The notes under the pieces were generated by a model, which worked only from the letters and a program-made list of their open reading frames with translations, did not search any database and was not told the DNA's origin. A stretch of 63,957 bases of DNA, counting the filler, from Trichomonas gallinae (Eukaryota): assembly GCA_008369845.1 (NCBI GenBank). It is 7 parts of 7 records of this genome, joined end to end, with 100 filler letters (N's around TTAATTAATTAA, not from the genome) between each part and the next. Parts side by side here need not be neighbours in the genome. Positions count along the whole stretch, not along the records: positions 1 to 14,767 come from MRSU01000802.1; 6 more parts are not named here. The stretch is one strand, 5' to 3'. A program made the position numbers and the translations under genes. This document shows positions 1-11,175 of this stretch, one piece after another. The stretch's first letter is position 1; every line of letters starts with the position of its first letter.

Positions 1-137
1 AAACGGTAACATTTTTCTATAGTTTACATTTTTAGACAGGTTTGCACAGCGTTAGACGGGTTTTTCGCGTGACTGTAGATGATATAATATCAAATCAAAA
101 AGTATTATTTACAAAACAAAAAAATAATATTAAAAAA

Positions 138-3053
138 TCATAATGATCCAACATATAGCCTCAGTGTCTCTGGTGTAGAGGTTCTCGATATCTGCAGCGT
201 CCTCGTCTTCAGGCTGACGAAGTTGATGTCACCGATTGATAGAGTGAGCGGCGGGTAAAGACAGCTAAGTTTTCCGAATGGGATGTGTGGAGCACCAACA
301 GTTTTCATCATCAACCTTTCGAACTGGTGGACCTCCAGTGTCTGGTAGAACTGGTAGAAGTTGTATATGGCTGTCTTGTCAGCCGACAACTCGCTGACGT
401 GGATTGACGCCAAATCTTTCTGCGGCGAAATTTTCCTTCTTTTTGTGTAAAGCATCGCAGAAATTTCATCGCAGTCGAAGGGGTCCAAAAACAAAGGCGA
501 CATGACCTTCGCGAACCCATCATTGAAGCACTTCAGCTTCTGCTGCATGTCTGGATGCGTCAGATTGTTGTGCAGTCTCTCGTTTTGGCTGCCTGTGAAC
601 TTGTTTCTGTACGCGAGGAAGAAGGCAGGGTGGATAGGAAGGGCCAAACACGATGACGTCGAAACAGCTTTTGCGACCAAAATTCCCAGCTGGAAGAAGA
701 ATGAATCCTGAGCTGTGCAGGATGGAATTATGTAATCGTCTATAAACATTAAGCTTCCGTCTCTGACTTTGAGATTTAACAAATCTAGCGAATATCGCCA
801 GAGAAACTCAGTCATGTTTGACTGCTCCCTGTTCATGAAGATGTCGGGTACAATCATCTGAGATCTCAAGTAGTTGATGACATTTAATCCGTCGGTCAAA
901 ATACTTAGGGAACTGATGTTAACTGTAGGCGTTGTGCACCTTATCTTAGGGCTGGGAGTGTTGAAATGCGTTGAAAAAGCCATTGCAGCAGAAGGAAGAG
1001 AAGCATATAATAATGTTGAGCAAAAATGCTTCATCCGAGATGAAAACAGGTAAGAGTGGTTCTTAACGAGCCAAACAGGATAAGAACACCATGCAATTGC
1101 TCCTGAAGGCGCTATTTCGATTAATCTTTCAATCATCTTCACGAATTCGTGATTTCTGAAGTCTATTGCTGGACTAACATCATGTATAGCATCTATCAGT
1201 GAGATAATTGGCTCAATTAGCGAGCTTTGATAATATTTCGATGGTTGTTCAACAATTTGTTGATCATTTTGTCTTGGTGAGATTTTAACTGTTGCAACTG
1301 TCTTCTGGAAGCTTCTAGCCTGAGAAATAGATGCAATAACTGACCGCATTATCGAGCAAGAAGAATTAAAATTATATTTTCCGATGCTGAATGAATAAAA
1401 CTGTGCCTGCGGGTGCTTTCTGATTGAATGGACCAGCATCATGTCCAAAAACTTCAGCTGACGAAGTTTCTTGTCTGAAATTATAATATTTCTCGGCCAT
1501 TCTTTAGAACTCGTCATTTCTATTGTCTTTTCGCTCTCTATGCCATTTTCGAGGAAGTTTATGTAGCCTTCTAAGTCAGAGAAGTATCCATCACAAGATC
1601 CAATGAAATTAAATTTAGCATCTTCTGTTTCTATGTTAATCTGCATGAATGTGTTGCATATAGTTTTCACATCTTTTCCTGGCAGCGGATCTACAGGTTT
1701 TGGAAGATCAATATATTTTATTGACTGAAAACAAAGATTTAGAAGCTTTTCAAGAGTCTCAGTCGGAATCTCAGAGCCACTAGATTTGAGAAAGGTCAAA
1801 ATTTGCTTCAAATATTCAGGAATTAAAATATGATAAGCGGATATCGAATCAATTAAGTTAATAAACTCGTCTTTGGTCTTAATATGATGAATCTCTGGTA
1901 TTACCGTGTCTATATTTAATTTTTGAGCGAAATTTTCGTATTTTTCATTTTTCTGTTTTTGATTTGCGTAATTTAACGCTATAATCATATCTTTTGTAAG
2001 TTTTTCTCTTGGAAGATTCGATATCGCATTAACAAAAGGTTCAATATTATCACTTTTGTGAATTGATTTTATTAATGAGTCATGATTTTGCTCTATGTAG
2101 TCGTTGATCGAAAAAGACTGCGATAATGCGTTGAACACTGAATTATAATTTATCATTTTCGAGAAATAAATCGAAATCCATTTTTCTGACTCTTTCTGAT
2201 TGTATTGCGATATTACTTTGATGAATTCCACAATCGGTTTAAGGGAGGCTTTCTCGGATCCCTTAGAGTTTTCTAAATTATTCATGATTTGATCGAATTT
2301 GATATCAATTTTTTCGTAAGCGTAGAAGCATTCGGAACATTTGAACAAATGCGTGAGTTTTGAGATGATTGCGGCGAATATTTCGTAGTCATTTGCGTGA
2401 TTTAGCTGTTTCGCGAGATTTTCTGCTGTTAATTCTAGATTTGGCGTAACATTTAAGTATTTCATTATTGTATCATATATTTTTATGGCGAGTTCCCTGA
2501 TAGAATCATCCTGGTGTGTGAAAAGCTCAGCTATTTGCTGTGTAACTTCGTAATATGAAGATCCAATAAAATTATTTAAGAATTGAAGCAAAGATTTGAG
2601 AAATTGGCGTTGTATATACAAATCTAACAGCAAAAAGTTCTTGAAAAGCGACCTTTTTGGTGTCTGTAACAGTTTTGCGATCACATTTATTTTATCTTGC
2701 ACTTTTGCGGCGTTTAAAGTAGATAAAACTTGAATTAGATACAAGAAAACCGATTCTACCAACTCGCTGCTGTGAGAAGCCAACAATGCATTTTCAATAT
2801 AAGCAGAAGGCGACAATTCGTTTAATTTCTGCACGCATCTGATACCATATATGCGTGTTAGATGTGTTATGCAGTTAAAAGCGATGACTTGCGTTGATGT
2901 TTTTGTTGATGGTTTAATATAACTCCATAGAAGAGGCAGAAGGCTCAAATAAGGCTGTGATTCGTCAGTTGCGAGAATAAGATTGCCAAGAATCTTAGAA
3001 AGCTCGGAATCTGAAGCATTTCCAGTCTTCAATTTAACAATTATTGGATTCAT
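138..3053 (-). CDS. UFD4/TRIP12-like protein (ARM/HEAT N-terminus + degenerate HECT domain), probably catalytically inactive
   Basis: HECT-like segments FFFQLGILVAKAV..LALPIHPAFF, QQKLKCFNDGFAKV and LMMKTVGAPHIPFGKLSCLYPPLTL. Start moved from the TTG at 3134 to the ATG at 3053 (MNPII) because a GTCACTTTT initiator lies at 3062-3070 on the minus strand. Confidence 0.7.
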   Translation of the reverse strand: MNPIIVKLKTGNASDSELSKILGNLILATDESQPYLSLLPLLWSYIKPSTKTSTQVIAFNCITHLTRIYGIRCVQKLNELSPSAYIENALLASHSSELVESVFLYLIQVLSTLNAAKVQDKINVIAKLLQTPKRSLFKNFLLLDLYIQRQFLKSLLQFLNNFIGSSYYEVTQQIAELFTHQDDSIRELAIKIYDTIMKYLNVTPNLELTAENLAKQLNHANDYEIFAAIISKLTHLFKCSECFYAYEKIDIKFDQIMNNLENSKGSEKASLKPIVEFIKVISQYNQKESEKWISIYFSKMINYNSVFNALSQSFSINDYIEQNHDSLIKSIHKSDNIEPFVNAISNLPREKLTKDMIIALNYANQKQKNEKYENFAQKLNIDTVIPEIHHIKTKDEFINLIDSISAYHILIPEYLKQILTFLKSSGSEIPTETLEKLLNLCFQSIKYIDLPKPVDPLPGKDVKTICNTFMQINIETEDAKFNFIGSCDGYFSDLEGYINFLENGIESEKTIEMTSSKEWPRNIIISDKKLRQLKFLDMMLVHSIRKHPQAQFYSFSIGKYNFNSSCSIMRSVIASISQARSFQKTVATVKISPRQNDQQIVEQPSKYYQSSLIEPIISLIDAIHDVSPAIDFRNHEFVKMIERLIEIAPSGAIAWCSYPVWLVKNHSYLFSSRMKHFCSTLLYASLPSAAMAFSTHFNTPSPKIRCTTPTVNISSLSILTDGLNVINYLRSQMIVPDIFMNREQSNMTEFLWRYSLDLLNLKVRDGSLMFIDDYIIPSCTAQDSFFFQLGILVAKAVSTSSCLALPIHPAFFLAYRNKFTGSQNERLHNNLTHPDMQQKLKCFNDGFAKVMSPLFLDPFDCDEISAMLYTKRRKISPQKDLASIHVSELSADKTAIYNFYQFYQTLEVHQFERLMMKTVGAPHIPFGKLSCLYPPLTLSIGDINFVSLKTRTLQISRTSTPETLRLYVGSL

Positions 3054-3655
3054 TCTTATTGAAAAGTGACAAAAACTAAAATTCATATGATAACAGCTAG
3101 TTTTGGTCTTATTATTTAGTTTAAATCCACTCAAATGAGCTATAGTTTTAATAATGCATCATAATTTTATGTTTTATTATTTGAATCTTAATTTGCTATT
3201 GAAAATATTTGTTTTCTTTATTCCATAATACTATACACAGCTAAAATAATGATTTCTCATTCTAGAATATATATGAATCATATAATAATAAATGTTTTGT
3301 ATTAATACCATAAATATTGTATATATGATTGATTAGGATTTTGATTAATAAATATATACATTTTTGAGAATTTGAAGCACATGTACAATAGTCATAATAA
3401 TGTTTTGTTTATAAAATTGAATTTGAATCATACTCATAATAATATATTTAACTAAAAAATATGATGAAAATGCTATAATTACATAAAGATAAGGCGGTTA
3501 TTAAAATATATGAATAAGAAATCTTATAAAATATTTTTTTTATTAATTTTGTGATTAAAATGAATTTGGAAATAAAAATAGATAAGGTAGAATTTCATGT
3601 TTAAAATTACAATTACATGGTAAGTTTTTGGAAAGTTTTTTGAAATTGAACAATT

Positions 3656-4213
3656 TCAAAATGAGCTTGATCCAACGAAAGACATGATAAACTGGTCACC
3701 CTGGAGGATCTGCTCATAGTCCATCATTTTGAACAATGCATCGAAGACATTTGGCTGATGTTGCCCAAAAACGACTTCATCTGGGCTTGATGGGCTTGAT
3801 TCACCATCGAAGTCCGTCTTTTCCTCCTCGCGTCTCGCATTTTTCTGCTTCTTCGTTTCTTTCCTCACCAAAGTTTGCCAACGATTTCTGATCATGTTTC
3901 CCGTCCTTCCCTTGAACATCCTCGCGATTGCGTTCCACTTGTTTCCGTGGAGTTCGAATTGCTTTAGAATGAGTTCGTCCTCTTCTTGTGTGAAATCTTT
4001 GTGATTGATTCTCGGGCAGAGGTAGTTCTGGTATCTTTCTCTGCATTGTCTCGGAGTTCTTGTCTGCATGATGTTAGAAATTTCTCTCCAGTTCGGATTT
4101 CTTCCTGCCTCATGAACGAGTTTAAGCAGTTTTTGGTCCTCTTTCTTCGTGAACTTCGAACGAATGCTCGCTTCATCGCTCGGCGCATGCCCATTCGGTA
4201 GAAGTCTGTCCAT
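3656..4213 (-). CDS. R2R3 Myb-like DNA-binding protein
   Basis: KFTKKEDQKL..W..I..RTPRQCRERYQNYL and FTQEEDELI..HGNKWNAIA..GRTGNMIRNRW repeats. Confidence 0.95.
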   Translation of the reverse strand: MDRLLPNGHAPSDEASIRSKFTKKEDQKLLKLVHEAGRNPNWREISNIMQTRTPRQCRERYQNYLCPRINHKDFTQEEDELILKQFELHGNKWNAIARMFKGRTGNMIRNRWQTLVRKETKKQKNARREEEKTDFDGESSPSSPDEVVFGQHQPNVFDALFKMMDYEQILQGDQFIMSFVGSSSF

Positions 4214-5137
4214 TTTGCTATAATGACAGTTGAAAGCTTTTCAGAAATTATTAAGCAGCCAAATAATTTTGAGGCAACGCTTTTGTGAGGATTTTTGTGT
4301 GAATCATTCAAATTTCGTGATAATTTTGTGAGCACCATAAATTTTATAAATCACCCTTATCATATTTTATAAAGAATAACAAAGATTTGAAAAATTCATG
4401 TAAAATGTCACATTTTTCGATGATTGGATAGTGCATTTATATCATGTATTGAGTAATATATTGAAAGTTGATAAAAAATTGATAAAAAATCAAAAATATT
4501 GCGAAAAACTGTAGATTAATGATTGCAGGTTATGTATTGATTAAATTTATTTGAATTTGAGAAGAACCGCTAATTTTTCTAAATTATTCTCAAAAAATAA
4601 TTTTTCAAATGATTTATCATTAGTATAAATTATACGCGTTTGATATTTACAAAAAATTCGCTCATTCACGCCGTTTATCATTTATATTGAGGTTTTTGGG
4701 TATTTATGCGAAGTAATGGGTTATCTATACAACAAAGATGGATATTATTTGGTTGACCATGTATTAATTCACAAATTTTTGTTTTCAAAATTATTAATTT
4801 TTGAAATCAACGTAATCACTTCACAAAACTCCGCTGATAAATTATATTGTTGTTTTGTGCTTGCTCGTGAGTGAACGGGCCTGTATTTTTTTCCAAATCA
4901 GTTTTTTGACGATGGGCTTTCGATTTATGACCGATTTGAGCGCAAAATCAAAGAGATATGTCAATTAAGAATAATCACCAAAGATAACTATTTATGGTCA
5001 TCGTTTTTTTCTGTGAATCTTTTTCTTTGGTTCTCCAAAAGCTTTGTTTTTATATCAACACGAAAGTTGTTCCGATACATATGAGAAATAACAATAGAGA
5101 ATTATAAAATACACAATTTTAAAACAAAATCAAGGAA

Positions 5138-8100
5138 TTATTTTTGCTCAGAGTCATCATAATACGAATAATAGTAGTCACTAGAGTCATCGTGCTCCTT
5201 GACTTTCGATAAAACAACGAAATCTTCAACTCGGCTCGGGACTTCGGAAGCCTTTGCGAAATCTGGAACTTCAGCCTTCTTCTTTTCGAGATTCTGCTGC
5301 TGGGATGTGAAAGGCTGCACGACTATCTTCGCGAGCTCCTTGCGCAGGGCGACAATTTCGGGCACATTCCAGAACTGCTTGTCGAACGGCGTGATCGTCA
5401 GTGGGCGCTGCAGGAAATTGTCACCGGCCTGGCTCTGGGGCATTGAGACCTCTGTTAGGAAAGAGAGCTCCATAGGTCTCACCCAGGCAACATCTTTGAG
5501 CTGGACTTTGTTTGGTTTGCTCTTTGGTTTCGGCGAAGAATGAAGGACAGAAAGTTGCACAAAAATCTCTAATAAAGATGAAGAAAATGAAGCGTTGAGG
5601 GAAGATAAAGTGTGAGTGGCTGCAACAGGCATCATATCTAAGAACGGTGTTGCATCATCTCTGACGTTGCTGCCTCTCAACATTGACGAAACAGTGTAGA
5701 AAATCGCGCACTTCAAAACTTCGTCGCACTTTTCACACAATGCAGTGTAAAGAGGACCGACAACAGTTATAGCTTCCTCGTATATCATTGGCTTGATCAC
5801 TCTAAACGCGAACTCTTCTAATGTGTGCTCGGCTGGTTTAGATAAGCACTCATAAAGTGATTGAGAAATGTCTTCGTTAATCAGTGGAAGCTTCGCCAAA
5901 CTCAAACCGATTTCCAACAAATATTTCACTTCATCGTCAGCATAAACAATGAATGGTTCTTTGTTGTGGAAGGCGGCAATCGCAGACACTAATCTAGGCA
6001 GGAACAAACAGAAAGCGACTTTCTGAATATGTGGTCTGTGGTGTCTACCTGATGTCTTAGGAGTCACCATGAGCGACATGATCAAACCGTCGATGCTCTT
6101 TCTGTCTTCCATTCTCGCCATGTTGATGCAGATCATAGGAAGCATTTCTAATAAGCCATCGTGTTTGCATTTGGTTGACTGGACATATTTGGCGACGATT
6201 CTCGTGGACTCTATAGCAACATTTGAGTCTGGAACGCACATGAACTGTCTGGCGAGCTTCATCAAATATGTGAAAAGCTCGTCGAAGTTTGGAGAATTGT
6301 TCATTTTGTCGACGAGCTTGTTCATAACAACAAAAATGTTTGTGACGTATTTGTTTGATGATTCATTCTGCTGGCAGATGCATGGATCTGAAGCATGTCG
6401 ACATCAACTGGCGACAAAATCTTTGAGAAAACAGCAGCAGCCTTCGAAGCGATTTCGAAGTTTCCACAGCCTGTTGCCCACTTGACGCACTCGGCTCCCC
6501 ACTTGTGGACAACAGACTTGGCTTTCTGCGACTGGAAGTATTTCACTAAAATCTCAGTGAAATGCTCGGGCGATGTAATTTTAGATGGGTCTAGAATTAA
6601 TTCCAAAATAGGTCCTGAATCATTGAGTCCAGTGAAGATGACATATAATAGTTCTAAAATCTGTGGATATGTGTCTGAGAACAAAATCGAAAAGTTGATG
6701 ATAATATACATGTTCTGGAAAATACTTTCGACACTATTCTGGCAGATTTCGCACAAAGCAGTTAAAACAGTCTTGATTGACTTCGACTGGACGAAATCTG
6801 GAGGTAAATCTCCTTCAAGTTTGCCTTGGGCGTTAGTGTAGAACCAGTTTGCGAAGGTTAACCTTCCAACAAGCATCTCTATGACCTCTGAGGTGCAGAT
6901 TTTTGCCAAGTAAACCAAAATTGTTTTGATGCCAACAAGTTTGGTTTCGTCGGTGATGTCCAGCAAGAATGAAACGATTAATTCTAGTTCAACGCTTAAC
7001 TTCTTCCACGCGTTAAGATAAGATGACAAGGCGCTGTGCGTGACATTGGGATATATATCAATCAAAGTCTTAGCTAATGACAAAGGCGTGAAAATCGTTA
7101 ATTTGTGCGATTTGTCTTTGACATATCCACCGTCAGACAAATTGATGTACTTCAAAAAGACAGTCATGATGTCAAAAGCAACGTTTTGAGAAATGTTTCT
7201 GCCACATCTTGCGGCGTTGATGCATTCCTCTAAGACAGATTCAGATATGTAAGGGACTAAATCGCAGATCATTTTCGCGATTTTGATGATGTGCTTTGGA
7301 GAAAGTGTGGCAGAGTTCGTGTAAATCGCGTCAGCATACAAACTTAACTCTTTTATCATTGTCTTCTGCGATTCGCTTTCTGCTTCATTATGTAACGTCA
7401 ATAATAATGGAATCAATCGAGTTATGAGTTTGAAAGCTGACATTTTCATGTCTTCTTTGAGATTTAAGATGTTGAGCATTGCGCAGACAATGACATTGCC
7501 TGCTGTCTCAATGATATCACGTTGTAATATTTTCTCAGCTGCTGATAGAGTTGTTGGATACCTAGGATCTGGCTTTTCGAAAGGCGAAAGCATCCTTTGA
7601 ACCATTTGTGCCCTTCTTTCGTCCTTTGGAGCATCGCCACAGAAGAAGGAGCAGATAGCTAAGAAGTAGACCCTTGATACTTCCTGCTGCCTCTCGTAAA
7701 CAGCTTTGATGTACTCTTTGATTAGTATCTTGTAGTGGAAGAACAGGCATCGCTTTAACGTGTCTTTTCCTGAATGAGCTGAGAGGAAAAGAATAGAAAT
7801 AACTCTAGGACTTATCGGGAACTGCTGGTTGAATATTGGCGTGATGCTTGCTAATGATGCAATGGCTTCTGACGCAGAATTATTGAGTTCATCGCTTTTC
7901 GTTGACGTCCAGTTGAAGCACATCATTGCTAATGAGGTGCAAGAGTGAGCAAACTGCTCGTTATAAATGAAATCAGGGAGCCTTGGGAGCATGATTGGAC
8001 CTGCATAGCTTTTGATTGGATGAATGAAGGCTTGTGCGAATAAAGAAATAATCTTCATGAAGTTTACTGCTGTCGCCAAAAGCTTGTCAGTGAATTTAGC

Positions 8101-10932
8101 TTCGAAAGCAGATGGATCAGGATTCAAACCTTCGTTGTTGACACCAGAACTCACAAAATACTCTTTGAAAACGATGACCATCCTGTCGAACGAGAAATGA
8201 GTGTTCTCGCTTATCAACAAACCATAAGATATGTTTTTCGTCGCCAAGATGTTTGCGCAAATTTTCGAGTAAGAATACATGAAGTCGGGATCCGCGGAAA
8301 TCTTGAACGTGTCAATCATGTCGAAGACTTTCGAGGCTGTCTGCCACGACATTATCGAGAAGATGTTCTCTATTATAGAGTTCTTTTTAACTTTGTGCTC
8401 TGCCAATAAAGTCATGTATTTTTCGAGTTTCTTCATTAAAGGTGGGTAGTTCTTCATTAATGAAACTTTCGAATCGAATTTAACTTGAAAGATGTATTTT
8501 TGTAAAGCAGCGCACGATCCCTCGTTTGTTGCTGGCAGACATGTCATTATTATTGAATGAAAGACAAATCCTAAGTTGTTGTCTGTCAAAGCTTCTTCTC
8601 CCAAGTCTTCAATCTTCTTGTCGATGTTTCTAAACAAGAACATAAGACTTTCCTCGCTCGCTTGTCCTGCAAATTTAAGGACAATAACTGGAATCAATCT
8701 AGTAAAAGACTCCCAGTATTCTGTCGACGCCAAGAATCTTGGAGACATGCTTTGATCATTGCATTTCAGTGTGTCTCTTGTGATTTTCTCGTCGCAGACA
8801 ATGTCTTTGAGAGGCATCGGGACTCCTAATGATTTCGCGAACCTGTTCACTCTCTCTATCAAGTTCATTGTCAAATCTCTAAGGGGAGCTGGACTGTATG
8901 CGAGGCAAATAATGCAAGTGGCCATTGCGTGGTTGACAAATTTCGAAATGTTTTCGTCTTTGCAGTTCGGTCTCATCGACAAATCAAGTAATTTCGCTAA
9001 TAGTTGTAAATACATGATTAACTCCAGTGGGTCTCCGCTGTGGTCGATGCAGTCTAAAATGATCTCGCAGATGGCGACTCTGTTCTCAGGGGCAGAAACA
9101 TAGAGATTGTTCAAAACCAAAATCGCGTAATGAGAGACTGCGCGCGATTTAGATGCCGTCGCCCAAATGATTGTTTTGCCGATCGAATATAAGTCAGCTG
9201 TGTTGATAATTCTCGGCAAGAAGGACAGTAATTTTATGTAGGTGTCTTCTTCCTGTGTCGTCTTTTCGACGTCGCTCGGCTCAAAGATTTTCAGCTCGTG
9301 TTTGTGGTGGAGCCTTTCGCCTGTCGTGTGCATGAACGCGTTCGCCTTCTTGATTCTTTCGTCCATTGCGCGTGATTCGGCCTCGAAGTGTAAAGGAAGA
9401 ATGAAATCGAGGGCTTCGACCTGGTGAGAAAGAGAAAACGAAAAAACAGATGATGGCGAAGATCTTTTGAGAGTTAATGAAGTTACTCTGAACAAAAAGT
9501 CTTTGATCATTGTAAAAAGATTCGGAATCAATATGGAAACGTTAACTCTCTGGTTTCTTGGGTTTAATTGAGCCCATTCTTCAAAATGCAAATCTTTGTT
9601 GACAATTCTGACTAAGCATTCGCTGAGTGGCAATAAACAACGGTCATTGGACATTGACGTGATTAATAATGGCGCAGTTTCCTTTGTGAAATATGAGAAA
9701 TCTCTTGCAGCAAAATTTAAGAGAATTTCGCCGAGAATTTGATAGTACTGCTCAATTTTTGGTACTGGGATGAAATATTTGAAGAAAAGAGAAGTATAAG
9801 AATTCGGATCCGCTTGATCTTGATGTGGATCAGCAATTTGAGTTGCTTCGACGCCAGAATTGATCTGAGCGTTGAATTTACCCCATTCCCAGAAGGAAGA
9901 CTTCTTGGAAACAAAAGCACCACGAATAATCGTCAGGAAACCTTTAAGGCAACCTAAAGTTTTGTGAGGTTTGGTTGCTTTTTCGAATATACTCTTATTT
10001 AGATAATCAGCGTAGTGTTTCTTTTTAAGATTTGAAAATCTTTGTAAAATTGTTCCCGCGAGGATTATATGAGAATCGCCTGCATGTTGGTCGTGAGCTT
10101 TGTCTAGTGCAATGTTAAAGATCTGTGTTACCGGTTTTTCGATCGCATCAACAAAATCTCCTTTTAATTGAGAGCAGATTGAACACAAAACATCAGACCA
10201 GACCTCAAATTGGTGTGACTTTTTGATAGTTTTGCTTATCGATATGAATGCGCTCAAAAATGAGCCGATTTGATCTAAGTCAACTTTATCTGATGTTGTT
10301 AATCTCGTAAATCTGTGGAGAATCATGAACATCGTGTGATCGTATTTGTTTACTCCTTTGTTGAAGTTGTCTAGGATCTTCGGAAGTTGAGTAATGCTTA
10401 AGAAACCGAGTAAAACTGAAAATTGCTTAAGAACTTTTATCAAAAAGACCTCTTCGTATGGCTCATATTGCGTGGGAACGACATTGTAGCAGATATCAAG
10501 TAAAATATCTGGGTCTTCGTATGACATTTTGCAAGTATATAGTTGTACTACGCAATCTGCAAAGAAAAGATGGAAAAATAAGTCGATTATTTGGCTGTAC
10601 CTGTCGTAAAAACTGATTTTCTTGACGATATTTTGGAATAGGAAGTTGTTTGGCTGTCTTGGCAAAATATTTAGCAGAAAACCGATGGCTGCGGAGGGTG
10701 AGTGACCACCAAAATCAACGAAACTATCGACGCATATTGTATATCGATTGAATTTTCGCGGAAAAACCATGAAAAGTTCATTCAATTTATCTGATGGAGC
10801 GATTTTTTCGCCTTTTTTCTTGGCAAAGTTATCGAATTCCATAGAGAACTTAACAAGGATATCTACAATAGTGACCTCGATGCTCGGAAAGAGTGCCTTG
10901 AAGACATCTTTCGGTGACAAATCTTCGGTCAT
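5138..10932 (-). CDS. Furry/Tao3/Mor2-like HEAT-repeat scaffold protein (~1930 aa), split by a single frameshift near 6385 into ORFs 6322-10932 and 5138-6325
   Basis: WGAECVKWATGCGNFEIASKAAAVFSKILSP resembles the Furry C-terminal W..ALxWAT.C..RH.A.RS.QIF motif. The downstream frame is open upstream of its ATG (CICQQNESSNKYVTNIFVVMNKL) and continues the likeness. Confidence 0.65.
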
Positions 10933-11175
10933 TTTTGTTATTGATTTTTCTGAATTGTTTCAATTCAAAAAATAATAGAAATACGTGTAAATTCTAATAA
11001 ATAATTTTTTCGATCATAAATTATAAAATTTTATTATTGTCACTTTTTATAATTAAAAAGTTTACATAGGAAAAAATTAAGACTAAATATTTTAACCCGA
11101 GTATAATTTAAAATTTCTAAAATGAGTATATTTACTACATAATTTTGAAAAAACAAAGATAAATTTATTATTATT

